Below, piece by piece: positions 17,209-26,711 of a stretch of 64,000 nucleotides of DNA. Both the position numbers and the translations under genes were made by a program. Where the stretch lies: IMG/VR virus record IMGVR_UViG_3300044814_000017, positions 6,209 to 70,208 of that record; one strand, given 5' to 3'. The notes below the pieces were generated by a model, which had not been told where the DNA came from, ran no database searches, and worked only from the letters and a program-made list of their open reading frames with translations. Source of the DNA: a virus. Numbering within the stretch: position 1 is the stretch's first letter; every line of letters starts with the position of its first letter.

Positions 17209-18298
17209 GGTGTTGACCTACAAATATCGCATTAAAGACCGGGGCACCCGTAAGGCGCTGCGACGGCATGCGATAGGCATCAATCAGGTCTGGAACTACC
17301 TCAACGGTTACCAGCGCGATATCGAGGAGCGCTATAAGGCCGGCAGGCCTAGCCGCAGATGGCCCAACCATTTTGACCTGACCGGCATGGTGTCCGGCGT
17401 TTCCAAAGAGCTTGAGGTTTCTTCCATCTCTATTGGAGAGGTCTGCCGCACCTATGTGCAGAGCCGGAACGCCAACAAGCGCTCGTTACGCTTCCGGTCC
17501 AGCTTCGGTGCCCGAAGGTCACTCGGTTGGATACCGTTCCGCCGCCCGACTACGGATGGCAACAGCATCACTTACTTGGGAAAGAAATATCGTTTCTTTG
17601 GAGCGAAACGTCGCCCGGTTCCTAATGTCATTAAGACCGGCGCGTTTGTCGAGGACGCGCGAGGCCGCTGGTACGTCTGCTTTACGGTCGAGGTGCCAGA
17701 GCTTCCCGCGGGCGTCGGAGCGATCGGCATAGACCTTGGTCTCAAGACGCTGGCGACCCTCAGCAACGGGGAAACCGTTCCGGCCCTCCAACACTACCGT
17801 CGATACCAGGACGCGCTAGCGACCGCCCAGCGGGCCGGGAATAAGCGTCGGGTATCCGCCATTCACGCTAAGATCGCGAACGCGCGCCGCGATCATATCC
17901 ACAAGGCGACCACCAAGATTGCGCGCGAAAACCGTTTGATCGTCGTCGGCGATGTGAACGCGGCTCAGCTTAAGCAGACCAAGATGACGAAGTCCGTCTC
18001 GGATGCAAGCTGGACGATGTTCCGTAAAATGCTTGAATACAAAGCCAGTAGGCACCAAGCAATTTACGTTGAAGCCGACGAACGATTCACTTCCGTAACC
18101 TGTTCTGAGTGCGGTGCGCTCAGTGGCCCGAAAGGTCAAAAAGGGTTGCGAATAAGACAGTGGGAATGCTCGGACTGCGGAGCGTCGCATGATCGCGACG
18201 TGAACGCAGCCCGAAATATCCTACGTGTCGGGCAAAGCACTTTGCCTCATGCAGATGAAAGCCGGGCGTTCCGGATAGGTGCGACTCATGCCGGATAG
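17201..18298 (+). CDS. tnpB: TnpB-family RNA-guided nuclease, no tnpA adjacent
   Basis: TYKYRI N-terminus, IGIDLGLKTLA (RuvC-I), CSECG/CSDCG zinc finger, HDRDVNAARNI (RuvC-III). Confidence 0.93.
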   Translation: MGKVLTYKYRIKDRGTRKALRRHAIGINQVWNYLNGYQRDIEERYKAGRPSRRWPNHFDLTGMVSGVSKELEVSSISIGEVCRTYVQSRNANKRSLRFRSSFGARRSLGWIPFRRPTTDGNSITYLGKKYRFFGAKRRPVPNVIKTGAFVEDARGRWYVCFTVEVPELPAGVGAIGIDLGLKTLATLSNGETVPALQHYRRYQDALATAQRAGNKRRVSAIHAKIANARRDHIHKATTKIARENRLIVVGDVNAAQLKQTKMTKSVSDASWTMFRKMLEYKASRHQAIYVEADERFTSVTCSECGALSGPKGQKGLRIRQWECSDCGASHDRDVNAARNILRVGQSTLPHADESRAFRIGATHAG

Positions 18299-19375
18299 GG
18301 TGAAGCGCATCAAGACCGTTGAGCACGAACCGGGAGAGGGCTGGATCGCGAGAAACCCATGGACCGGACAAGAAATTTTAGAGACCGGCTGGCGATGGAA
18401 TAGCCGAGCGGTTGCGCGAACCGTCGTCGCCGAATGTCGACTGTTTCGCGAGAAATTCGAGGTCCGCCATGGATAGGGTGAAGCTGACGGAGGCGGATAA
18501 GGAACTGATGCGAGATGTTCGGATCGTAAGGTTCGCGCGATTGTTTGGGGATGAAGATTCTCAACATCTGCAGCGGCTGATCAGCGACAAACTTGTGTCA
18601 TGGCGATGGAACGCTGGCCTGCCGGTTTACGAACTCACCGAATCCGGCCGCGCCCTACTCGCATCCAATGCAGGGGATTCGAAATGACGTTATCCGAAGC
18701 GAGAATGTTCGGCGAAGAAATAAATCAGAGATGCGGCGCCACTATCATATTCCGCGAGCCATCCAAGCGGCTGAGTTTCCAAGCCATAGCCGGTGACGAT
18801 GAAAGCTGCCTCCCGCCTGGGGCCGTCATCATCGAACTCATCCTCGCATCCAATGCAAAGGGAGATTGAGATGGGATCGAAATTGAAGCCGGGAAATTTT
18901 GACTGTTACGCGAACGCTCTACCCGATGAGCCGATGTTTGTGCTTTTGGGACGCGATCGGCTTGCGCCGCCGCTCACTGCAATATGGGCAGCAATCCGCG
19001 CGGGCAATCGAACGGAAGCGAGGCGAATTTTCAGCGAGCTAGTCGAGGGACGATTAGCCGCGGGCTACGTATTTCAACCTGAGCCCGAGAAGGCCCTCGA
19101 AGCCTCCGACTGCGCCATGACGATGGTCCAATGGCGAAAAGAGAACAACGGCAAGTGGCGCCCATCCAATGCAAAGACGGGGGAGTAGGATGAGACGACG
19201 CGAACTTATCAGGCGACTACAGAGCGACCACAACGAATTGCGAGCGGCGTCCGGCGGTTTCTTCCCCGGAGGTCAACGGCGGGCGCAGGAAATGTCAGCC
19301 CGCCGCCTTGAGTTGCTTCACGCCCTCGAAAATCTACTGCCTGAAATTATCGAAAAGATGGAGCCCCAACCATGA
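18288..19375 (+). other. Array of five short coupled ORFs (18288-18476, 18469-18687, 18684-18869, 18871-19188, 19190-19375)
   Basis: Overlapping or adjacent stops and starts, most with RBSs; the 18871 ORF has the common phage motif DEPMFVLLGRD. Confidence 0.7.
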
Positions 19376-20022
19376 CAGCCGCCATCACACCGGGGAGAGA
19401 TGAGTTGCTGGCGCTTGCGATTGAGCATTTGCGCGGGACCGAGCCCAAAGCGCCGCGCTGCAAGACATGAGGAGACGGTAAAGTGAAGCTACCTGTCTGC
19501 TTCGAATGCAATGGCACGGGTGCGTCACAGCCTGATTGCTGGCTGTGCAAGGGAGAAATGTTCATATCTGTCCGCAAGGCAAAGCGAAACGGATACGCCG
19601 TCGAGGATTTAGAAGACATCTACAGGGGCTCATGTCGCTGCCCGACGTATGAATGCAGTGGCAATACATGCGATTGGTGCGAAGGTGATGGGCGCGTTGA
19701 TCCTGGTCTATTCGAGCGTGAAGTCACTCGCGTTTTGATCTGCGCCGCCACCGGCCGCATTCCGGATATTCCCGTTCCCTATTATGGCGGCTGGAGCAAA
19801 TCCGACTACCTGCTTCTCAGTAGCGTTGCTGGTCGGCATTGCCGCGAGCGTCACTGGATACATTGGTCAACGAGCATTTTAGGTGACGATTTATCGTTGA
19901 CCGATGCTGGGACCGTCGAATTCGAGCGCCGTCATCCGGCGTGGCTGGCGCAATTCGATTCCAACTGGATGCCCTATGACAGCGCCGGTCGTTGGGCGGA
20001 TGACGGAGGAAAATCGCCATGA
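19372..20022 (+). pseudogene. Multi-CxxC zinc-finger protein with an in-frame TGA at 19468-19470
   Basis: ATGA-coupled start at 19372 is in frame with ORF 19483; CKT*GDG then CFEC, CWLC, CDWC. Confidence 0.55.
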
Positions 20023-21047
20023 CCAACTCTCACCCACCCCGCCCGAACCCCGACGCACTCGACATCCTCAAGACGGCTCGCTCTCGAATCCATGCAATGA
20101 AAGTCGCGCCGTGCTCGGGGCTCGCCAGCAGCCGCAAGGCCGCTGAAGAATTGGAGGAAGCGCTGGATTACCTCGCCAGCGAGCGAGATGAATGGAAATC
20201 GCGGTGCGTCTCGCTTGATGATCTAAGACGTGAACAGCAAGCGGACGTTGAGAGCTTGCAGGCAGTAGTCGCCGCTCATCAGTCAAGCCGTGATGCCGCA
20301 GAGGGCGCGGCCGAATATGAAACTGGCGACGAAATCGTTTTTCTTGACAGCAGCGGTGAGCAGCACAGGGTCGTTTACAATCTTACTGAAGATCAGTCCG
20401 GTCTTGGCAGTGGATGGTTCGTTCACCCGGACGATCCGTTCGAGGACGCCCCACCGAAGCCAGCGCCTGATGCCCCGGGACATACCGATTTAATGGTCAC
20501 ACCAGAAAGCCTAGATGCTTGGCTGGAGAAAAATCCGTTGCCCGCGCCTGATGCGATGCGGGGGGCGCTGGAGCGGTTGCTCGCTGCATTCAAGGGACTG
20601 CAGCCGTTTCCTTTAATTGTACAGGCCGTGGCGGAAGGTTTGATCCGCGATGCTGAAGCCGCCCTCTCCGCACCCGCGCCGTCACCCTATGGGGCAGGCA
20701 ACGCGCTGAAAATATACGTCGATGGAATGACGGCCGACAACTGGGCCGGTATGCGCCTTCGATGCGAACGGCAGTTAAACGAACTCACCGCAGCGCTACC
20801 AGATCAGGTTGTGGTGGACTCCATGCAATGGCTTGGTGGTGATTACCGACGCCTCCAAAAGTTTTGCGGCTTGAACTTTGGCCGAGCAGATGCCCACGAT
20901 GTGGCTTGGTTGGGACCGAACGACGGTGAGCAAGTGGTGATCTGGAATACAGCGCTGGATAAATGGCTGTGCTGCCCAAAAGGGCTTTGGATTGATCGAC
21001 ATCGCGATGGCGCTCTATTTCTTCGAACTCCGGAGCCTGGCGAATGA
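20019..21047 (+). CDS. Mosaic phage hypothetical protein
   Basis: 342 aa with Pro/Ala linkers separating short modules. Confidence 0.7.
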   Translation: MTNSHPPRPNPDALDILKTARSRIHAMKVAPCSGLASSRKAAEELEEALDYLASERDEWKSRCVSLDDLRREQQADVESLQAVVAAHQSSRDAAEGAAEYETGDEIVFLDSSGEQHRVVYNLTEDQSGLGSGWFVHPDDPFEDAPPKPAPDAPGHTDLMVTPESLDAWLEKNPLPAPDAMRGALERLLAAFKGLQPFPLIVQAVAEGLIRDAEAALSAPAPSPYGAGNALKIYVDGMTADNWAGMRLRCERQLNELTAALPDQVVVDSMQWLGGDYRRLQKFCGLNFGRADAHDVAWLGPNDGEQVVIWNTALDKWLCCPKGLWIDRHRDGALFLRTPEPGE

Positions 21048-21502
21048 TCCCATACCAGAACGCAACGAGCGGTCAAAAGGCGCGCGGCGAAATAACCAAA
21101 ATGCTGCAAGCCTTCGGCTGCGAATCTGTTGGGTTCATGGACGACTTCGCCGCGCGAACGGTCATCCTGGCATTCAAGCATCGCGGCCGTCCGGTGCAGC
21201 TCAGGGCGTCGGCGAAAGGATGGGCAACGCTCTACCTTAAAGAAAACCCGTGGTCGCCGCAACGGCGATCCACCAGACAACAATGGGAAAACTCTGCGCT
21301 AGAGCAGGGCCTTCTCGCCATCAACTCGATCTTGCGCGATTGGGTCAAGGGACAAATTACAGCAGTCGAGTGCGGTATTCTTTCGTTCGAATCCGTGTTC
21401 ATGCCGTACATGCTCACAAACGATGGCTGCACTGTCATCGAACGAATTTCCTCAATGGACCTATTGCCCGCGCCCGCCTCTACTGCCGGAGAGGTGGAAT
21501 GA
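21044..21502 (+). CDS. Conserved phage hypothetical protein
   Basis: ATGA-coupled; SILRDWVKGQITAVECG motif. Confidence 0.75.
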   Translation: MIPYQNATSGQKARGEITKMLQAFGCESVGFMDDFAARTVILAFKHRGRPVQLRASAKGWATLYLKENPWSPQRRSTRQQWENSALEQGLLAINSILRDWVKGQITAVECGILSFESVFMPYMLTNDGCTVIERISSMDLLPAPASTAGEVE

Positions 21503-21939
21503 CGGACAACGAACAAGAAATTATTGAGATTGCACGCGACCTTGTAGCACTTTGGGAAAGTCCTGCTATAAAAGGACTTGCGCGCTCGGATCGCAACGCG
21601 GCTATTGAAGATACGCGCAACGCTTTAATTCAGGCCTGTAGCTCAACGGTAGAGCCAAGCGCTCGTAACGCTTTGGTTGCTGGTTCGAGTCCAGCCGGGC
21701 CCACCAATGCCACTGTAGCTCAATCGGCAGAGCGGCGTCTTTGTAAGGCGAAGGTTGGAGGTTCGATTCCTCCCGGGGGCACCATTTATTTTGCGCTTCG
21801 CGATAGCGTTCTTGAGCAAGCAGCAAAGAACCTCGCGAAATGGTATCCAGAAAACAATAGCACGAATGCATTCTGCGCGGCTATTCGTTCGATGAAATCG
21901 CGTCCCTCCAGCTTGGCGGGGGATGAGCGGAATGGGTGA
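21499..21939 (+). CDS. Phage protein whose reading frame runs through two tRNA genes
   Basis: GAGGTGG RBS and ATGA overlap; open through 21632-21784; phage-like C-terminus RDSVLEQAAK...CAAIRSMK. Confidence 0.55.
   Translation: MTDNEQEIIEIARDLVALWESPAIKGLARSDRNAAIEDTRNALIQACSSTVEPSARNALVAGSSPAGPTNATVAQSAERRLCKAKVGGSIPPGGTIYFALRDSVLEQAAKNLAKWYPENNSTNAFCAAIRSMKSRPSSLAGDERNG
21632..21706 (+). tRNA. tRNA with CGT (Thr) anticodon on an Ile2/Met-like body
   Basis: TAGCTCAACGGTAGAGC D arm, AAGCG-CTCGTAA-CGCTT anticodon arm, GCTGG-TTCGAGT-CCAGC T arm, 3' ACCA; A1.C72 mismatch. Confidence 0.85.
21709..21784 (+). tRNA. tRNA-Thr(TGT), slightly degenerate
   Basis: GCCACTG/CGGGGGC acceptor with one mismatch, loop TTTGTAA, GGAGG-TTCGATT-CCTCC T arm, 3' ACCA. 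Confidence 0.85.
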
Positions 21940-22045
21940 GCGTGGATTCGGAGCGCCGCTTGAAGGCACCCATGTCATTAAGTTGATTGAACGAATGCGC
22001 CGCGAAGGGCCTCCGAAAATCAAACGAAAGGGAGCAAAATAGAAA

Positions 22046-22612
22046 ATGCCCCGTATATCCAAAGCCGAAGAAGCCTGGCCGGTTGCCAACATTGAGTGGC
22101 GCAAGACTGGCACACTCAAGCAATCCGCTGGTAACCCCAAGGATCACCCTCCGCAACAAGTTGATGAAATCGTAGCCTTAATCAAGGCGTTTGGCTGGAC
22201 GCAGCCCATCCTTGTTAACGAAAGGGACGAAATTATAGCTGGCCACGGCAGGGATTTGGCGGCAATCAAGATGAAGCTGCCACGTGAGCCCGTGATAGTT
22301 GCGCGGGGTTGGAGCCCAGCTCAGATATTGGCCTATCGGCTCGCCGATAACCTCGTCCCGACCAAAGCACCATGGAAGCCGGAATTCGTCTCAGCGGACC
22401 TTGCTGCGTTATCGGAGATGAATTTCGATATTCGGCCATTTGGTCTCGACAACATCGAAATACCGGAACTTGAGGCGATCATTCCTGTCGCACCCAAGTC
22501 AAACCGTTCAAAAACCACGATATTTGTGAGTGTGCTCAATCAAGATGTTGAGAAAGCTCGCAGGGTCATATCAGCGGCGCTGGACAAAGCGCGTTTGGGG
22601 CATAATTTATGA
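22046..22612 (+). CDS. ParB/Srx-domain protein
   Basis: NPKDHP..QV..I..FGWTQPILV...IIAGHGR...AYRLADN. Confidence 0.9.
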   Translation: MPRISKAEEAWPVANIEWRKTGTLKQSAGNPKDHPPQQVDEIVALIKAFGWTQPILVNERDEIIAGHGRDLAAIKMKLPREPVIVARGWSPAQILAYRLADNLVPTKAPWKPEFVSADLAALSEMNFDIRPFGLDNIEIPELEAIIPVAPKSNRSKTTIFVSVLNQDVEKARRVISAALDKARLGHNL

Positions 22613-22870
22613 AACACCCACCGTTCTTTTGCATGAAAACACTTATGGGCTTTGGTGGCCAAGATTTGAACCGCATTACGCTGAACTGCCCAGACGGCTC
22701 GGAATTCGTCTTAATGGAACTCGGCGAGGCTCGCACTGAGAAGGCTAACTACCGCGCCAATGAACTCGCAACCCATCTCTCTGCTCTCTGGGCCAAAACC
22801 GCACCAGCGCCCTCCCCAGCCCTATAGGGAGGCTATTGGGAGCGCGTCAAACCAGTGATAAGCTGAGGGA

Positions 22871-23422
22871 ATGCCCGCTTTTACGAACCCGCGCTGGGAA
22901 AAAGCCTGTCAAGCTCGTGCCGCAGGCACTGAGATTGCCGCCAGCTACGCGCATGGCGGCTTTGTCAGCAAACCTGCTGCCGCAACTAGGTTTTTCAAAC
23001 GCCCAGATATCCGCGCTCGTGTGGATGAAATAATCCAACAGCGTTATGACGGAGAGCACAAAGCCCGTGAAATCGCTACGAAAAAGGCTGGTTTGGAGGA
23101 GTCGTGGATTATTGAGCGGACCAAGTATGTTGCGGAGATTGCGATACGTGGCACGCCGATATTGGACGCGCAGGGCAGACCTACTGGCGGGTTTAGCGGC
23201 AAGCCTAATTTGCGGGCTGCGGTGTCGGCGCTGGCGTTATTAAGTGATTTCAAAGGGATGCGCATCCACCGGCTTGAGTTGGGCGCGCCAGGCGACTTTG
23301 CCCGCATGTCTGATCAAGAGTTGGATGATTCGCTGGTAGAGCAGGCGCGGAAGATCGGGCTTCCCGAGCAGGCCGTGACGCGGTTGCTGGAACTTCGGGC
23401 GAACGAGCCGGCGGCGGAATAG
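22871..23422 (+). CDS. terS: Terminase small subunit
   Basis: N-terminal HTH-like pattern (ASYAHGGF...AAATRF...IRARVDE); upstream of terL. Confidence 0.7.
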   Translation: MPAFTNPRWEKACQARAAGTEIAASYAHGGFVSKPAAATRFFKRPDIRARVDEIIQQRYDGEHKAREIATKKAGLEESWIIERTKYVAEIAIRGTPILDAQGRPTGGFSGKPNLRAAVSALALLSDFKGMRIHRLELGAPGDFARMSDQELDDSLVEQARKIGLPEQAVTRLLELRANEPAAE

Positions 23423-23461
23423 AGGCTTGTTTAGTCTTAACGGACGTGTTAGGGCTAAACA

Positions 23462-23956
23462 ATGGATTTGCCGACTTGTAGGACATGCAACACAAAGCAC
23501 CGCTTAGGAGCGATGTATTGTCCTGCACTCAAATCTCGCGGCGGCGGGGAAAGCAGACCCGCACTTAAAAAAGTTGGGATTAAAAAACGTCCCCGTATGG
23601 AGGTGGATTCCTCTGTGGCTACCCAACGCCACACAGCCGGAGTAGCGCCCAGCCCGCGAGATGCCAATCCCGTAGCGAAAGCAACCAAAGGCAAAACCGG
23701 AACGGCTGAGGTCATAGGCCTCGTAAGACGATCTACCGCCGGAACGGGGTTGCGAGTAGGCGAGGCTGACGCGGTTCAGCCTGCAACGTCTGAGATTATG
23801 GGCGTGACAGCCGGAGAGACGGCACCTAAATTCGACCGCGCCACCTATCACCGAAACTACATGCGCGACTACATGCGCAAGCGCAGAGAGGCTGGCAAGG
23901 ACTACCAACGCAAAACGACCAATCCGAATTATAAGGGGAGACCTCGTGATGCTTAG
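23462..23956 (+). CDS. Hypothetical protein (CxxCxxxH N-terminus, basic C-terminus) with hairpin-rich middle
   Basis: CRTCNTKH...C and FDRATYHRNYMRDYMRKRR. Confidence 0.55.
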   Translation: MDLPTCRTCNTKHRLGAMYCPALKSRGGGESRPALKKVGIKKRPRMEVDSSVATQRHTAGVAPSPRDANPVAKATKGKTGTAEVIGLVRRSTAGTGLRVGEADAVQPATSEIMGVTAGETAPKFDRATYHRNYMRDYMRKRREAGKDYQRKTTNPNYKGRPRDA

Positions 23957-24537
23957 CGTCTGGTATCGACGCCAAGCCGAACGCAAGGCAGAACAGAAAT
24001 GAAAACTCCCCGTCAAGGGCAACCCGGCTGGGAATGCCCAGAGTGTCATCTGAAGCGCGGCAAGGATAGGCATGATCCGTGCTTAGGGGAATTGCCGGGA
24101 GTTCTATCCGCGTGCTGTGGGCATGGCGGCAAGTCGTCATTGTCGACGATTGGTCATATTTCTTTTGAGAACGGGACTGTCATTCGGTTTGCCAGCCTAA
24201 CCGAAACAAGGCATCGCCGCCGCCAAGCCAAAAAGTTGGAGGCTGGGGAATGAGAAACTTTTTGATCTTGGTGCTTATGCTGATGGTATGGGCCTCGATC
24301 TGCGTGTGGGTAGAAGTCAGGGATATTCCGCGCACCTCAGCAATGTGTATTGCGTTCTTTTATGGAGGCTTGGTCAGCCTTGTCACCATTTTTGTAATAA
24401 TGAACGCAAGTTGACGCGCCGCAAGGCAGAGGAGGCCGAATGACACTAGAGATGAGAAAGATGCCATACGGGTCCCCATCCAGCCGAACTCATCAAGCAG
24501 GGCAGGGCTAAGCGCAAGAGCCAGTAGGGGCCGGTTT

Positions 24538-26244
24538 ATGAACCACCATGTACCGCGAGAAGATATAGAGCGCTTCACCGCACAGCTAGCCGAGAAGCGC
24601 CGCCGCATGGCGAAGCAGGAGCACTCCCGTCGGGGCTATCGGGATGAAAACGGCGTGTGGCAAGGCGGGTTGTTGGCGTTTGTGCGGTACTTCTGGCATG
24701 TGCTGGAGCCGGGCACGCCGTTCACTGAAGGGTGGATTTTGGAAGCTATTGTAGAGCACCTAGAAGCTGTCACTTTTGGTGAGATAACAAATCTCTTGGT
24801 CAATGTACCCCCGGGCTGCTGCAAAAGTCTTTTGACGAATGTCTACTGGCCGGCGTGGGAGTGGAGCGCAATGGAGCTTTCACATATTCGCTATGTGACG
24901 TTCTCCTACAGCGCCAGCAATACAGAGCGGGACAATCAGCGCTTTGGCGATCTCGTTACGTCGTCCGAATTTCAACTCATGTATCCAGAGGTGAAGATTC
25001 GTCAGAACGGAATGACGATGGTTTCCAACTATAACCACGGTTGGAAATTGGCGTCGTCAGTCACAGGCAGCGCTACCGGAAAAAGAGGCAATCGGGCGAT
25101 TTGTGACGATTTGAATAACGTGAAAGAGAGCGAATCAAAGCCTGTCATGGAAGAAACTAATAGGTGGCTGAGGGAGTCGCTATCCTCACGCCTCAACAAT
25201 ATGGAGACCGATGCGAAGATCGTTATCGCCCAACGTGTAGGGGAGGGGGATGCCTCGGGCGAGATTTTGTCTCTTGGCTTGCCGTATTGCCACCTCTGCA
25301 TTGCGATGGAGTACGTTTGGAGCGCCGACGAAAACGGGCAGCCATATGCGACACAGATAGGGTGGGTTGATCCGCGCTGGCGACCGACGCCGGAAGAGTG
25401 CAACGGCGAGTTGGCGTGGCATGAAAGATTTTCTGAAAATGCCGTTCGCGCTCTAAAGAAAGAGCTTGGCCCCTACGCAACCGCAGCGCAGCTCCAACAA
25501 ACCCCTGAGGCACGCGGTGGCGGCATATTCAAGCGTGATTGGTGGCAAGTATGGGACCCGCCAGATGGGAAATTTCCACCGTTCTCATACATCGTGGCAT
25601 CCCTTGACGGCGCATTTACCTCCAAAGAGGAAAATGACCCTTCGGCTCTCACGGTGTGGGGTATTTTTGAAAACGAGATGGGCTACAACCGGGCCATGCT
25701 GATTCACGCATGGAGCAAGAAGCTTCCGTTTTCTGGCGTGAAAGTGGATGTCTTGCCCGGCGAGCATGATTCCGTATACCGCAGGCGCGCAATGCCGCAT
25801 TGGGGCTTGATCGAATGGGTTGCCGATACCTGCAACCGCTTCAAGGCTGATAGACTGTTGATTGAAAATAAAGGACCAGGCATTTCGGCGGCCCAATCGT
25901 TGAGTAATTCGCACGGGCGCTCTGGATGGGCTATTGAATTGGTCGAACCAAAAGGCGATCACACAGCCCGCGCCCTTGCGGTACAGCCGACGTTCTCTCA
26001 ACTCATGGTGCATGCGCCTGACCGGGAATGGGCTGACGATACGATTGATGAAATGGCTGTGTTCCCCAAGGGTAGGCACGATGACCGGGTAGATTCCGCC
26101 ACCCAAGCCATCAAGCACTTACGCGACAATGGCATTCTGCGGTCTGATGAGGAGCGACGCGCAGAGGAAATCGAAGCAGTGACGCACAAGGGTAAGCAGA
26201 TGCAGAAGCGGCCGCGATATCCCGGCATGCGGGCTACTGGCTAG
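24538..26244 (+). CDS. terL: Terminase large subunit
   Basis: VNVPPGCCKS Walker A variant, ICDD Walker B, QLQQTP, SLDGA, IENKGPG, FPKGRHDDRVDS nuclease motifs. Confidence 0.95.
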   Translation: MNHHVPREDIERFTAQLAEKRRRMAKQEHSRRGYRDENGVWQGGLLAFVRYFWHVLEPGTPFTEGWILEAIVEHLEAVTFGEITNLLVNVPPGCCKSLLTNVYWPAWEWSAMELSHIRYVTFSYSASNTERDNQRFGDLVTSSEFQLMYPEVKIRQNGMTMVSNYNHGWKLASSVTGSATGKRGNRAICDDLNNVKESESKPVMEETNRWLRESLSSRLNNMETDAKIVIAQRVGEGDASGEILSLGLPYCHLCIAMEYVWSADENGQPYATQIGWVDPRWRPTPEECNGELAWHERFSENAVRALKKELGPYATAAQLQQTPEARGGGIFKRDWWQVWDPPDGKFPPFSYIVASLDGAFTSKEENDPSALTVWGIFENEMGYNRAMLIHAWSKKLPFSGVKVDVLPGEHDSVYRRRAMPHWGLIEWVADTCNRFKADRLLIENKGPGISAAQSLSNSHGRSGWAIELVEPKGDHTARALAVQPTFSQLMVHAPDREWADDTIDEMAVFPKGRHDDRVDSATQAIKHLRDNGILRSDEERRAEEIEAVTHKGKQMQKRPRYPGMRATG

Positions 26245-26491
26245 ATTAATGGCGGCGGATGTGATATCGTCGACGCCGCAACGGATTGCCAAGAATGCGG
26301 CTGGGCGTGGTCGTCCCGCCCAATGTGACGGCAAAGGTCGCGTTTAAGCAATATCGTCGCAACAATCGCGATGTTTACCGATGCGAGCATTGCTTCCTTT
26401 GGCATGTCGGCACGCCGGAGCCCAAGATCAAGAAATTCATCAAGCGCCAGAAGTTGGTGCGTCTAGTCGTCGAACCGGAATGGAGATTTGA

Positions 26492-26710
26492 ATGAGCGAT
26501 ATTGTTGATAGATTATGCCATCCAATACGCATTAGGGTGGCGAAAGTCGCCTCAGCCCTTGACGCATCGGACATTGGCGGGCCGTTGCCCTTGCATGAGC
26601 CGCAGATTATAGCCGATATGGCGGAAGCTGCGGCACTAATTGTGCAGTTGCGTGCCACCATTGAGCAACTGCGCTCCGTGGCTGGCAGCACAAGAAGCGA
26701 GAGGATGTGA
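26492..26710 (+). CDS. Small phage protein (MSDIVDRL family)
   Basis: Paralogous to the adjacent ORF. Confidence 0.65.
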   Translation: MSDIVDRLCHPIRIRVAKVASALDASDIGGPLPLHEPQIIADMAEAAALIVQLRATIEQLRSVAGSTRSERM

Positions 26711-26711
26711 A

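Noticed and set aside
21250-21498. 229-aa version of the tRNA-containing ORF
   Set aside because: The extension overlaps the upstream gene; ATG 21499 has the RBS and stop-start overlap
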